Source: Ignisphaera sp.
GTDB lineage: Archaea; Thermoproteota; Thermoprotei_A; Sulfolobales; Ignisphaeraceae
NCBI GenBank assembly: GCA_038821645.1
Contig: JAWBDT010000012.1
Location: 1 to 56,138, forward strand
DNA: 56,138 nucleotides
Direction of reading: 5' to 3'
In this document: positions 30,528 through 41,246 of the stretch, one piece after another
Layout of the letters: every line of letters starts with the position of its first letter
Position numbering within the stretch: the first letter of the stretch is position 1
The notes under the pieces: generated by a model
What the model saw: the letters and a program-made list of their open reading frames with translations, nothing else
The model's database searches: none
Told to the model about the DNA's origin: nothing
Translations under genes and position numbers: made by a program

Positions 30528-31460
30528 TTGACACTTAAACTTGGCTCAGTAGTAGTTGAAGACACATTTGCAGAAGCATTTCCTATGTATGCTACACGAA
30601 TAATCGTTACAGCTATAAACCATAAATGGGCACTTATAGCAGCTAAAGTTGCGACAGGATTCGGTACCTCAGTTATTGCTTCTCCGGGAGAATGCGGTAT
30701 AGAGACGCTACTTTCACCTAAGATAACACCTGATTCAAGACCTGGAGTAGCAATACAGATATACCATACTGATCCAGCTAATCTGAAGATAGTTACACTT
30801 ACACGAGTAGGGCAATGCATTCTTACCGCACCAACGACAGCAGCATTCGATGGATTACCAAAAATGAAGAGAAGAATCAGTATAGGTAAAGCTTTAGCGA
30901 AATTTGGTGATGGTTTTGAAAAAGAAGATACAATGTATGGAAGAAAAGTATGGAGAATACCTGTTATGGAGGGAGAATTCATTATTGAGGATAGTTTTGG
31001 TGTTATTAAAGCTGTAGCTGGTGGTAATATACTAATATTAGCTAAAGATCTTGAATCCGGTCTCAAAGCAGCCGAAAAATCTGTAAAAGCTATTAGAAAG
31101 TACGCAAGAGGCATTATAACACCATTTCCGGGAGGCATCGTTAGATCAGGTTCAAAGGTAGGATCTCTTAAATACCCTAAATTAAGAGCTACCACGAATC
31201 ATCTTTACTGTCCTACATTAAAAGAAATGGTTAAGGATACAAAAATTCCTCAAGAAGTTAACAGCGTTTTTGAAATAGTCATAAACGGACTTAGGAAGGA
31301 GTACGTACTTAAAGCGATGGGTATAGCGATAAAGGCTGCAGCCTCGGTTCCTGGTGTCGTAAAGATTGATGCTGGTAACTATGGGGGTAAACTGGGACCT
31401 TACCATCTGTATCTAAGAGATGCTCTAGAAATAGTAAAGAATATAGACATCCGTGTGTAA
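30528..31460 (+). CDS. ftr: formylmethanofuran:H4MPT formyltransferase
   Basis: EDTFAEAF, TPDSRPG, RVGQCILTAPT, FGDGFE, PFPGGIVRSGSK, AGNYGGKLG. Confidence 0.96.
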   Translation: MTLKLGSVVVEDTFAEAFPMYATRIIVTAINHKWALIAAKVATGFGTSVIASPGECGIETLLSPKITPDSRPGVAIQIYHTDPANLKIVTLTRVGQCILTAPTTAAFDGLPKMKRRISIGKALAKFGDGFEKEDTMYGRKVWRIPVMEGEFIIEDSFGVIKAVAGGNILILAKDLESGLKAAEKSVKAIRKYARGIITPFPGGIVRSGSKVGSLKYPKLRATTNHLYCPTLKEMVKDTKIPQEVNSVFEIVINGLRKEYVLKAMGIAIKAAASVPGVVKIDAGNYGGKLGPYHLYLRDALEIVKNIDIRV

Positions 31461-31474
31461 GTTGGTGATAAATT

Positions 31475-33211
31475 ATGCAACAAAGTGTTTCACCATCTCT
31501 ATTTGTTTTAAATATTGGCAGGTCTATTATGCAAGGAGTTTCAATGGAAAGTGAAGGTAAGTGGTCTGAGCAATATATAAAATCTATTGCATATGTCGAG
31601 ATGAATCCTGATGATGCGAAGTTCTTAGGCATCACCAATAGAGTAAAGATATCGAGTGAATATGGTTCTATAGTCCTTCCAGTAAGAATAAGCGATAGAA
31701 TTCGTAGAGGCTCCATCTTTATACCTATGGGTCCCTGGGCAAACTTCATAGTTAATCCAGATACCGATGGTACTGGCATTCCATATCTAAAGAGTACAAG
31801 AGTCATAATAGAGCCCACAGAAGAGCCTGTAATAACCCTAAATGATCTTCTCAGATCTCTAAATGCAAAAATAATAAAGGTGCCTCTAGCGGACAAAGAG
31901 ATAAGGATTGGAGATAAACGTGTAGAAGAAAATGTTGTATGTCCATTCTGTGGAGATCTTTGCGACTATCTCAAAATCGAGATTGAGGGTAATAAAATAG
32001 TTAGAAATATCGGTGGATGTGCAATATCAATATCAAAATTTTTGAATTATCACAAACATCGAATAATTAAACCCTATATAAGAATTGATAATGAGTTGAT
32101 AGAAACTGATGTAGAGAAGGCTATAGAAAGAGCTGCGGAAATACTAATTTCATCGAAATACCCACTAATATTTGGTCTCTCAAATACATGTGTAGAGGCT
32201 ATAGAGAAGGCTGTAGAGCTTGCAGAGATACTTCATGGGGTTATAGATAACACATCTGTGGTTTGTCATGGCCCTACTGTTCTAGCAGAACAAGAGGTTG
32301 GTGTTGTAACTTCAACCTTTGCTCCAATACTCCATCTATCCGATTTAGTTGTGTTCTGGGGATGTAACCCAAGAGAAGCACATATGAATCACATAACAAG
32401 ACTGGTGATGGCTAAGGGAAGGTTTTCTGAAGGACGCAGACAGAGAAAAATTGTTGTAATAGATGTCAGAAAAACTTTAACCGCAGATCTTGCTGACATA
32501 TTCATACAGATTGAACCTGGAAAAGATCTAGAGCTTATAACGGCTTTACGGATGGCTGTAAGAGATCTAGAGATAGAGAATCCTGTTATCGCAGGCGTTC
32601 CTAGAGAGAAGGTGCTAGAGCTTGCAGATATAATGAGAAGTGCTAGATACGGAGTTATATTCTTTGGCATGGGTTTAACACAGAATGAAGCTAGATATAA
32701 GAATATAGAAGAAGCTATAAGGCTTATCCAAGACCTTAATGAATGGACTAAATTTGTATTACTTCCCATGCGTGGACACTACAATGTTACTGGTGCAAAT
32801 CATGTTTTGCTGTGGAATACTGGTTACCCATTTGCAGTTGATTTTGCTAGAGGATTTCCGCGAATGATTGTTGGAGTCACTTCTGCACCAGATCTATTAA
32901 CATATGGTGATGTTGATGCTGCATTAATAGTAGCTAGTGATCCAGCTGCACATCTTCCAAGAAAAGCTGTCGAGCATCTTTCCAAAATTCCTGTAATCGT
33001 CATAGACGCTAAATGGTCTCTCACAACAGCTTTTGCAGATGTGATACTTCCCGCAGGCTTGGTAGGTATAGAGTGTGAGGGTACAGCTTACAGAATGGAT
33101 GGCGTACCCATATACATGAAGAAGCTTGTTGATCCTCCACCTAATGTGTTATGTGATAAAGACCTTTTGGAATTACTTCTAAATAAAGTTAAAGAGTTGA
33201 AGAAGGTGTAA
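31475..33211 (+). CDS. fwdB: formylmethanofuran dehydrogenase fused subunits D+B
   Basis: N-terminal FwdD domain (GRSIMQG, MNPDD, FIPMGPWAN, TDGTGIP) then FwdB (CPFCGDLCD, VCHGP, WGCNP, MRGHYN, GTAYRMDGVP). Confidence 0.92.
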   Translation: MQQSVSPSLFVLNIGRSIMQGVSMESEGKWSEQYIKSIAYVEMNPDDAKFLGITNRVKISSEYGSIVLPVRISDRIRRGSIFIPMGPWANFIVNPDTDGTGIPYLKSTRVIIEPTEEPVITLNDLLRSLNAKIIKVPLADKEIRIGDKRVEENVVCPFCGDLCDYLKIEIEGNKIVRNIGGCAISISKFLNYHKHRIIKPYIRIDNELIETDVEKAIERAAEILISSKYPLIFGLSNTCVEAIEKAVELAEILHGVIDNTSVVCHGPTVLAEQEVGVVTSTFAPILHLSDLVVFWGCNPREAHMNHITRLVMAKGRFSEGRRQRKIVVIDVRKTLTADLADIFIQIEPGKDLELITALRMAVRDLEIENPVIAGVPREKVLELADIMRSARYGVIFFGMGLTQNEARYKNIEEAIRLIQDLNEWTKFVLLPMRGHYNVTGANHVLLWNTGYPFAVDFARGFPRMIVGVTSAPDLLTYGDVDAALIVASDPAAHLPRKAVEHLSKIPVIVIDAKWSLTTAFADVILPAGLVGIECEGTAYRMDGVPIYMKKLVDPPPNVLCDKDLLELLLNKVKELKKV

Positions 33212-33213
33212 TA

Positions 33214-34935
33214 ATGGTTCAGATATTGATCAAAAATGGAATCGTTTATGATCCGCTAAACGGTGTTAATGGAGAGCCTATGGATATCGCTATTAAAGAT
33301 GGAAAGATAGTTGAAGCTAGTGAGGTAGAGGCTAGTAAGACAATCATAATAGATGCTAAAAATAAAGTAGTTATGGCTGGAGGTATAGATATCCATAGCC
33401 ATATAGCTGGACCGAAGGTTAATATCGGAAGGCTTATAAGACCTGAAGATCATTATCTAACGAATAGACCACATAAGCTACCATATAGAAGAGCTGAAAC
33501 AGGACTTACAGTTCCAAATGTTTTTAAGATAGGATATGGATACGCACGTCTAGGATATACATTTGTAGTTGAACCTGCTACACCTCCTATAAAAACTAGA
33601 CATACGCATCATGAACTAGATGCCATACCCATAATAGATAAAGCTACTTACGTTCTAGTAGACTCTAACTGGCTTGCTCTAGATCTGATCAAGGAAGGAT
33701 CAAAAGATCAGATAGTGGCGTACCTTGCATGGCTTTTGTCTGCTACAAAAACCTATGCCCTTAAGCTTGTGGATCCTGGATCAGACATTTCATGGGTTCT
33801 AAAAGGTAGGGGAGTAGATATAGATGAAGAGATACCAGAATACGGTCTAACACCAAGAGACATTATTAAGAGTGTTGCTGAAGCTGCACAATACTTGAAT
33901 ATACCGCATAAAGTCCATGTACATTGTAATAGACTTGGTTATCCAGGTAACTATGAAACAACATTAAAGACTATGTCTCTTACTGATGAATTAACAAAAT
34001 TAAGTGATGGACCTGTAATGCATATCACTCACACCCAGTTTACGGGATATAAAGGTGATTCTTGGAGCACTCTTGAAAGTGGAGGAGAGGATATAGCAAA
34101 AGAACTCAATAGAAATCCCTATATAACGTTAGACTTAGGACAAGTAATTCTCGATAGACCTGCAACGACTATGACTGCAGATGCACCCTTTGAGTATGTA
34201 CTATATCATCTTACGCGATGGAAATGGGCGAGCATGGATACGGAAGTTGATGCAGCTGCTGGTATTGTTCCTTATAGATACAAAAAGAAAAGCTACGTCA
34301 ATACAGTTCAATGGGTTATAGGTCTAGAAATCGCTTTATTAGCTAGAGATCCTTGGAGAATATTCATAACAACAGATCATCCAAATGCGGGCACATTCTT
34401 CGACTATCCAAAAATATTTGCGTGGCTTGTGAGTAAAAAGGCTAGAGAAGATACAATGAAAGAGGTAAATCAGAGAGCTCTTAGAAAATCTATACTTCCA
34501 TCAATAGATAGAGAATATAATCTATACGATATAGCTGTAATGACCCGAGCCTCACCTGCTAAACTACTTGGTCTTGATAAAATAAAAGGTCACTTAGGTA
34601 TAGGTGCTGATGCTGATATCGCTATATACGATATTAATCCACACGAGGTAGATATATCCAAGAACTATGAAGCACTTATCAAAGCTTTTAGCCGTGCATG
34701 GATTGTTATAAAAGATGGAGAAATAGTTGTAAAGGATGGAGAAATAGTCAAAACAATTCATGGAAAGACCTTCTACATTAATCCAAAGATGCCAGAAGAT
34801 CTTGAAAAAGATCTCATTAAGTACATTGAACCTAGGTTTAAGCAATACTATACAGTTACTTTAGATAACTTCATTATAAAGGACCATGAAGTCAGAAATC
34901 CTGTGAAAATATCTACGCAAGTGAATGTTCAATAG
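33214..34935 (+). CDS. fwdA: formylmethanofuran dehydrogenase subunit A
   Basis: GGIDIHSHIAG, RPEDH, HVHCNRLG, TTDHPNAG, KGHLGIGADADIAIY. Confidence 0.96.
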   Translation: MVQILIKNGIVYDPLNGVNGEPMDIAIKDGKIVEASEVEASKTIIIDAKNKVVMAGGIDIHSHIAGPKVNIGRLIRPEDHYLTNRPHKLPYRRAETGLTVPNVFKIGYGYARLGYTFVVEPATPPIKTRHTHHELDAIPIIDKATYVLVDSNWLALDLIKEGSKDQIVAYLAWLLSATKTYALKLVDPGSDISWVLKGRGVDIDEEIPEYGLTPRDIIKSVAEAAQYLNIPHKVHVHCNRLGYPGNYETTLKTMSLTDELTKLSDGPVMHITHTQFTGYKGDSWSTLESGGEDIAKELNRNPYITLDLGQVILDRPATTMTADAPFEYVLYHLTRWKWASMDTEVDAAAGIVPYRYKKKSYVNTVQWVIGLEIALLARDPWRIFITTDHPNAGTFFDYPKIFAWLVSKKAREDTMKEVNQRALRKSILPSIDREYNLYDIAVMTRASPAKLLGLDKIKGHLGIGADADIAIYDINPHEVDISKNYEALIKAFSRAWIVIKDGEIVVKDGEIVKTIHGKTFYINPKMPEDLEKDLIKYIEPRFKQYYTVTLDNFIIKDHEVRNPVKISTQVNVQ

Positions 34936-34945
34936 GGGTGAAGGT

Positions 34946-35794
34946 ATGAGTTACATACTTAAACTAAGATCTAAGCCTAATGTTCTTACTGATGCTAGAA
35001 ACATATCCCCAGATAAATTCGTTAACAAGAAGTTAGATGAAATTAGGAACTTGAAAATAATTGAAGGGGGTTTACCAATAACATTAGACACATTATTTGA
35101 CATAGATGGTCCTTCAGTAGCTCCTCAAGAAACAAAAAACATAGAGATAACCATAAACAACAGTAATGATAAACTTTGCTTCATAGGTTATAAAATGAGT
35201 AACGGAAGAATAATTATAAGAGGCGATGTAGGACACTTCATAGGCTATAAAATGAAGGGAGGAAATATAACTATATACGGTAATGTTAGAAATTATCTAG
35301 GAGCCAAAATGGTTAATGGTAATATAGAGGTATATGGAAATGTTATGCATAGAGTTGGAAGTAAACTACATGGAGAGAGACCTGGAAAGGGTATGAAAGG
35401 AGGAACAATACATATACATGGAAATGCCGGAGCAGAAATAGGTTGGGGTATGAAAGGAGGAACAATAGTTGTTGATGGAAGTAGTGGAAATCTTGTAGGG
35501 ACCGATATGTTGGGAGGAACAGTAATCATCAAAGGTAGTTCCGGTGTTTATCCTGGGTTAAGAATGATTGGTGGACGAATCGTTATAGGCGGCCACATTC
35601 CATCCATATTGCCTAGTTTCTATATAGATTCTCTAGTTTCTTCATTAAAGGTTAAAGGAGTTGTTTTCTTCAAACCTTTTGCTACATTTATAGGTGATGT
35701 CCTTGTTGGCGGTAGAGGATTTCTGCAAATATCGTATGAAGATAATAAACATATTGTGGATACCTATAAACAATTGGTGGAGGAAACAATATGA
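34946..35794 (+). CDS. fwdC: formylmethanofuran dehydrogenase subunit C
   Basis: Repeated GxxMxGGxIxIxG beta-helix; ATG at 34946 follows a GGTGA RBS. Confidence 0.95.
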   Translation: MSYILKLRSKPNVLTDARNISPDKFVNKKLDEIRNLKIIEGGLPITLDTLFDIDGPSVAPQETKNIEITINNSNDKLCFIGYKMSNGRIIIRGDVGHFIGYKMKGGNITIYGNVRNYLGAKMVNGNIEVYGNVMHRVGSKLHGERPGKGMKGGTIHIHGNAGAEIGWGMKGGTIVVDGSSGNLVGTDMLGGTVIIKGSSGVYPGLRMIGGRIVIGGHIPSILPSFYIDSLVSSLKVKGVVFFKPFATFIGDVLVGGRGFLQISYEDNKHIVDTYKQLVEETI

Positions 35795-36753
35795 ACTTGG
35801 TTAAACCTATGAATGAACTTGCACTAAACATTCTTAAAGATGCTATCGATAGAGAGAAAGAACTTAGAATATCAGTATCTAAGATAGGGAAAGCAAATGT
35901 TATCGATATGGGTGTTAAAACTCAAGGAAGCTTTGAGGCAGGGGTTATAGTTTCAAGAGTATGCCTTGGTGGGCTAGCCAATGTAACGTTGACCAATTTA
36001 TCTATTGGAGAAATTATGTTACCAGCAGTCTCTGTATCTACGGACTATCCTATAGAAGCGTGTATAGCTTCGCAATTAGCTGGTTGGAGAATACAAGTCG
36101 GGGAATTCTTTGCTAATGGTAGTGGACCTGCAAGAGCTTTAGCAAGAAAACCGAAGAAGATATTTGAGTTCATAGAATATGTGGAATACTCTAATGAGGC
36201 TGTACTTGTTTTAGAGACCAATCAGTACCCATCTGAAGAAGTGGTAAATTATGTGGCTAGAGAGGTTAAGGTAGAGCCAGAGAACATATACTTAGTCCTA
36301 GTCTCTCCCTCGAGTATTGCTGGCTCTATTCAAGTAAGTGCAAGGGTAGTTGAGACAGGGATATTCAAAATGTACACAATTGGATACAATATAAAGACTA
36401 TTCGCTACGGATTTGGTGTATGTCCTATATCACCACTTCATCCAGATCCTTTGATTATGACTGGTAGAACCAATGATATGCTTCTTTATGGTGGATCAAC
36501 GTTCTATCTTGTCGAACACGAAGATGATGTAAAACTAAAGGAAATAGTTGAAAAGATTCCAAGCAGTGCCTCAAAAGATTATGGTAAATCATTTACAGAG
36601 CTTGTAAAGATGTATGGATGGGAATTTCTATACAAAGTTGATCCATCAGTATTCGCACCAGCCGTAGTAACTGTAAATAATATTAAAACCGGTACTACTT
36701 ATAGTGCAGGTTTCATAAATATTAATATGCTTAAAAGAATGCTTATTCCATAA
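35791..36753 (+). CDS. mch: methenyl-H4MPT cyclohydrolase
   Basis: VCLGGL, SQLAGW, GSGPARAL, GSIQVSARVVE, GRTND..LYGG, VDPSVFAPA. Confidence 0.96.
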   Translation: MNLVKPMNELALNILKDAIDREKELRISVSKIGKANVIDMGVKTQGSFEAGVIVSRVCLGGLANVTLTNLSIGEIMLPAVSVSTDYPIEACIASQLAGWRIQVGEFFANGSGPARALARKPKKIFEFIEYVEYSNEAVLVLETNQYPSEEVVNYVAREVKVEPENIYLVLVSPSSIAGSIQVSARVVETGIFKMYTIGYNIKTIRYGFGVCPISPLHPDPLIMTGRTNDMLLYGGSTFYLVEHEDDVKLKEIVEKIPSSASKDYGKSFTELVKMYGWEFLYKVDPSVFAPAVVTVNNIKTGTTYSAGFININMLKRMLIP

Positions 36754-36895
36754 TTTCTATTCACTAGTATGATACATATTGTGGTAACACAAATAATACG
36801 TTACAAAATCACTATAGAACTTTACCTTCCAATCATCTGACTAATGATTATCGTGCTGTACCCCTATCATCATTAAGTTAGTTGAGTATACGTTC

Positions 36896-37606
36896 CTATG
36901 TTTTTTCAAGTAATATTCTTTCAAATCCTGTGTATACGTTCATCTTATTCTCTCTAACATGAGCTATTAATGTAATCCCATTTCTTTTAGCTATTTCTAT
37001 AGCTCTCTCTGTAGGTGCTCCACGAAAGACCGCTATAGGTATACATATATTGGCTATACCTTCAATAAGTTCTGAAGCTGCTCTCGAAGACATTATGACT
37101 ATAGATTTGCTAAAGTCTATACCTCTTTGGAATACCTTACCAACAACTTTATATAATGCGCAATGTCTTGATATATCTTCAACTAGATCTAAAATATATC
37201 CATCCAATGACGCTATAGCTGCAACATGAAAACATCCCGTTCTTTTAAATAAATTAGCTTTATTCATTACTTCCTTGAATAATCTATATACGCTCTGTGC
37301 GTCTATCTTATTCACATTTTTATTGTCTTTACAGATCATAACCTTTTTCAAAACACCATTTAACATTATATCTAAATTTTTAACAATAATCCTAGTCTCA
37401 TCCACATATAAGCCATGAGTTAATGCGTAACCTAGACCAAGTTCTAAAAACATATAAGGAGATGTTGGAATAGAGACTGCAAGTCTGCCTTGGATATATA
37501 TGTTGACAATAACTTCGTTAGCAATTTCGTCAATAATATCAACTACTATATTCTTATCTAGATCTATACGCTTAACATCAACATTGACAGAGATCTCATG
37601 TACCAT
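36896..37606 (-). CDS. fdhD: FdhD/NarQ molybdo/tungstopterin sulfurtransferase
   Basis: FKRTGCFHVAA, EDISRHCALYK, SSRAASE, APTERAI. Confidence 0.85.
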   Translation of the reverse strand: MVHEISVNVDVKRIDLDKNIVVDIIDEIANEVIVNIYIQGRLAVSIPTSPYMFLELGLGYALTHGLYVDETRIIVKNLDIMLNGVLKKVMICKDNKNVNKIDAQSVYRLFKEVMNKANLFKRTGCFHVAAIASLDGYILDLVEDISRHCALYKVVGKVFQRGIDFSKSIVIMSSRAASELIEGIANICIPIAVFRGAPTERAIEIAKRNGITLIAHVRENKMNVYTGFERILLEKT

Positions 37607-37792
37607 AATTTAGGATCACTCGAGATTACTGATTTCAACCAACTGCTATTAAGTAGCTAAGCAAGTATAAGTTTTAGCTATAAATTTTATATACATAAGC
37701 ATCAGAGAACATATACAATGTGGCTAGACTAACCATATCTATGTAAAAGTTTTATATATTTGTACAAATTAATTGTAGCTATAGGTAATAGT

Positions 37793-38443
37793 ATGTCTTT
37801 GTCAGAAGAGTTTATCACTGCTATTGTTGAACTAAATGAAAGTAAAGCTCTTGATCTAGCAAAAAAGAGGCTTAGTGTTGAAGATCCTGTTAATATATTA
37901 AATGATTTAAAGAAGGCTGCCGAAGTTGTTGGAGAAAAATATGAAAGAGGAGAATATTTTGTAGCCGATTTAGTTATGGCTGGAGAAATTCTTAAAACAA
38001 TTTCAGATATGGCGAGAGAAAAACTAAGAGAACTTGGGAAAAACAGAGAGACATTGGGAAAATTCGTTATAGGTACTGTTGAAGGAGATATCCATGATAT
38101 TGGCAAAAACATTGTTATAACTATGGCTGAAGCTGCAGGATTTGAAGTAATTGATTTAGGTGTTGATGTATCGCCACAAAGATTTGTAGATGCCATTAGA
38201 CAGTACAATCCAGATATTGTGGGGATGTCTTGTCTAATAACTGTAGGGATAGAATCGATGAAAAAAACTGTAGAGGCAATGAAGCAAGCAGGATTAAGAG
38301 ATAAGGTGAAAATAATAATAGGAGGAGGAAGGGTAGATCAATACGCATGTCAGTATGTAGAAGCAGATGCTTGGACAAATGATGCTGCAACAGGAGTAAA
38401 AATAATGCTTAAATGGATAGAAGAAAAGAAGAAAGGTGTGTAA
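37793..38443 (+). CDS. methyltransferase cognate corrinoid protein (MtaC/MtoC/MtvC-like)
   Basis: VGEKYERGEYFVADL cap domain; B12 motif GTVEGDIHDIGKNIV, DLGVDV, GMS, IIGGG. Confidence 0.93.
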   Translation: MSLSEEFITAIVELNESKALDLAKKRLSVEDPVNILNDLKKAAEVVGEKYERGEYFVADLVMAGEILKTISDMAREKLRELGKNRETLGKFVIGTVEGDIHDIGKNIVITMAEAAGFEVIDLGVDVSPQRFVDAIRQYNPDIVGMSCLITVGIESMKKTVEAMKQAGLRDKVKIIIGGGRVDQYACQYVEADAWTNDAATGVKIMLKWIEEKKKGV

Positions 38444-38445
38444 CT

Positions 38446-39723
38446 ATGACAAAAGAGCCTATTGATCTCTGGATAGAAAGACATGAAAAAGAATCTGATG
38501 TCGTTGCAAAAGAGAAATTCGATAGATTTCTGAAAGCCGTGGAACTTAAAGTTCCTGATAGAGTACCTGTAGCAGGTATTGGTGGAGATTTCCTATGCCA
38601 ATACACAGGACTCACATGGTATGAACTATCATATGAATTAGAAAAAATCCCTTCTGCGGTCTTCAAATTTGTTCATGACTTTCCAAGTGATTGGGGCATA
38701 GTGTTTGCACCAATGATGCTTGAAGGATTCATCTTGGGATTAGCTTTTGCTGATTTCCCTGATTTCTCAAACACAATCAGATTTTTAACAGGCCCCATAC
38801 ATGATATTCTGAAAGATAAGTGGAGCCAATGGCCAGGTAGGGAAATTAAGGAAGATATGCATCCACAATTTCGTGGAGGGGAATTCATGCATCCTAATGA
38901 ATATAAAAAGCTTATAGAGAATCCAATAGAGTTCATTCATAACACTATATTACCAAGAGTATGTCCCGGGTTAGGAACTCCAGGAACTCCTCAATGGAAT
39001 GGAGCATGGATAAGGATAGGTATGACAATGCAGAGAATATCATCATTCCAAGCACAACTCTTTGCAGAATTAGGAAAAAGAGGTAATATAGGATTTCCAT
39101 TAACTAACGCATATACACCTGCTGATATCATAGGTGATTTCCTTAGACATCCTACAGGAGCCATGTTAGATATGAGGAGATATCCAGAAGAATTCAAGAT
39201 GGCGTGCGAGGTGCTAGTAGAGCCTATACTCAAGATTGCTACAGCTATTCCACCAATACCTCCACTAACAACATTCTTCATACCTCTCCATCTTAACGAA
39301 ATGTTGCCACCAAAACTATACAATGAATTCTATTGGCCTTATTTAAAGAAAGTTATTGAAACTCTAGTTGGTAAGGGATACAAGGGATTTGTATTCTTTG
39401 AAGGGGATCATTTACCTCATGTTGATACTATACTAGAGCTTCCTAAGGGCTGGGGTATAGCATGGTTTGAAAGACCTAGAGACTTTATTAAGGTTTGGGA
39501 AAAACTTAAGGGACATACCACAGTAATGGGAGGAGTGCCCACATCACTTCTTGTTGGTGGAACTCCAGAGAAAATTGACGAATATATAAAGGATCTATTG
39601 AATAAAATAAAACCTGAAGGAGGTTTCATAATATCACCTGGAGTAAATGAATTACCTAAAGGTACACCTGTAGCTAATGTGAGAGCATATATTAATGCTG
39701 TCCTCAAGTATGGAGTATACTAA
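38446..39723 (+). CDS. URO-D-fold methyltransferase, O-demethylase MtoB/MtvB-like
   Basis: PDRVPV, FMHPNEY, PADIIGDFLR, FIPLH, EFYWPYLK, FFEGD, GGFIISPG; ~425 aa; 2 nt after the corrinoid gene. Confidence 0.75.
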   Translation: MTKEPIDLWIERHEKESDVVAKEKFDRFLKAVELKVPDRVPVAGIGGDFLCQYTGLTWYELSYELEKIPSAVFKFVHDFPSDWGIVFAPMMLEGFILGLAFADFPDFSNTIRFLTGPIHDILKDKWSQWPGREIKEDMHPQFRGGEFMHPNEYKKLIENPIEFIHNTILPRVCPGLGTPGTPQWNGAWIRIGMTMQRISSFQAQLFAELGKRGNIGFPLTNAYTPADIIGDFLRHPTGAMLDMRRYPEEFKMACEVLVEPILKIATAIPPIPPLTTFFIPLHLNEMLPPKLYNEFYWPYLKKVIETLVGKGYKGFVFFEGDHLPHVDTILELPKGWGIAWFERPRDFIKVWEKLKGHTTVMGGVPTSLLVGGTPEKIDEYIKDLLNKIKPEGGFIISPGVNELPKGTPVANVRAYINAVLKYGVY

Positions 39724-40050
39724 ATCTTATAATAGTTTTTAATATTATTTTTTAAGATGCATACTATTAAAGAGTTATGTAATATCTTAAAATCTTGCTT
39801 ATACTTGTTAAAAACATATTTGTTTCAGTCCACTATATTTAAATGTTGAATAAATAATTAAGAATAGATAAGATTGTTACAAATACTAAATAGCTACAAA
39901 ATCCATTAATAGTTTTACGTAGTATGTTTTCTCTTTCCCTCATTTAAAATAAAGTATTATCTAATCTTTATATCTTTATGTTAATTTTCATGAATATTTA
40001 AATAAATGTATTCACATATAGTTTGGGTGAAGTATAATTAGGTGTAATAG

Positions 40051-41246
40051 ATGTCCAATACATCTCAACAACAAAAATCCTCTTTACTGCCAGTAGTATT
40101 TCTAGCACTATCAGCTTTGCTTGCAGGTGCAGGTTTTGGAATATATGCACCACTATTTTTGGAATATATGCACCACTATTGGTAGTCCATGCATTGGAGT
40201 GGGGAGCTCCAGAAGCATGGGCAACAGCTATGGTTATGGCCCTTCCATCAATATTAGCTGTATTCCTATTATTGCCTATAGGTATAACAGCTGATAGGAC
40301 AGGAAGAAGGAAGGAAATCATAGCTGTAGGTCTTGTACTTGGTATAGTATTTAATGCGTTACTTGGTGTGGCTAGAAGTTGGATTGAGCTGGCTATATAC
40401 AGAACTATAAGCGGTATTGTATTCTCATTCACATCGTTATATATGGCTTTAGGTGCTCTTACAGCACCAGAAAAAATACGAGGTACAGTTCTAGGTATTC
40501 TAGGAGGATCTATGATGCTCGGTATGGGAGTCTCCCAAATATTTGCAGGAGCCCTTGCTACAGCATTAGGAGGATATCAACCTATATACTTCCTTGCAGC
40601 AGGATTAACAACTATAGCATTACTCTTACTATTGCCTGTCAAAGCTCCCAGGGTTCAGCTTCCAGCTATGAAAGGTTCAGATATTGCTACAGCTTTAAAA
40701 ATGAGAGGAGTTTATTGGACATGTATAGCTATATGTATCTATCTAATAGGATGGAACTTAATGTATCCATCATTATCATTAGTACTTAATGTTATATATA
40801 AAGCACCGCCTGAGATTGCATCTATAGGTATGGGTGTAGCATCAATAATGCTTGGTATAGGTACATACGTATGGGGACCAGTAATAGATAGATTAGGAGG
40901 TAAGAAAACGCTTATAATAGCTATAATCGCTTCAGCTATTATCACATTTGTAATGTATCCTGCTTTAGGAAGTATGTGGGCTTACATAATATTATTCTGG
41001 TTAGTGACGCTTTTCGGAGTTGTAGGTGCACCTGGAACAAGTTATGTAGCTTCAAGAAGCGTTAAACCAGAACTAGTCTCTGTAGCAATAACGACCATAT
41101 TTATATCTATCTCTATTGCATCAATAATAGGAGGATTTTTATCAGGAACGCTATTAGCATCAATAGGGCTTGAAGGAACAATACTTGTAGCAGCTACAAT
41201 CGAACTCATAGGAGGTCTCCTGATGTTTGGACTACCTAAGATATAG
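40051..41246 (+). pseudogene. MFS transporter frameshifted by a 23-bp tandem duplication
   Basis: ATG 40051 with RBS encodes TM1 but stops at TAG 40183-40185; deleting one repeat copy joins it to the 355-aa ORF containing motif A (GITADRTGRR). Confidence 0.85.
40134..40179 (+). repeat. perfect 23-bp tandem duplication TTTTGGAATATATGCACCACTAT x2
   Basis: Copies at 40134-40156 and 40157-40179. Confidence 0.97.

Noticed and set aside
35180-35590. Repeated ATGAAAGGAGGAACAATA-like units
   Set aside because: Coding repeats of the FwdC beta-helix, not a CRISPR or DNA repeat
36820-36875. Possible third C/D sRNA (minus-strand ATGATGA, 12 nt, ACGA) between mch and fdhD
   Set aside because: No convincing C' box or terminal CTGA at the expected spacing
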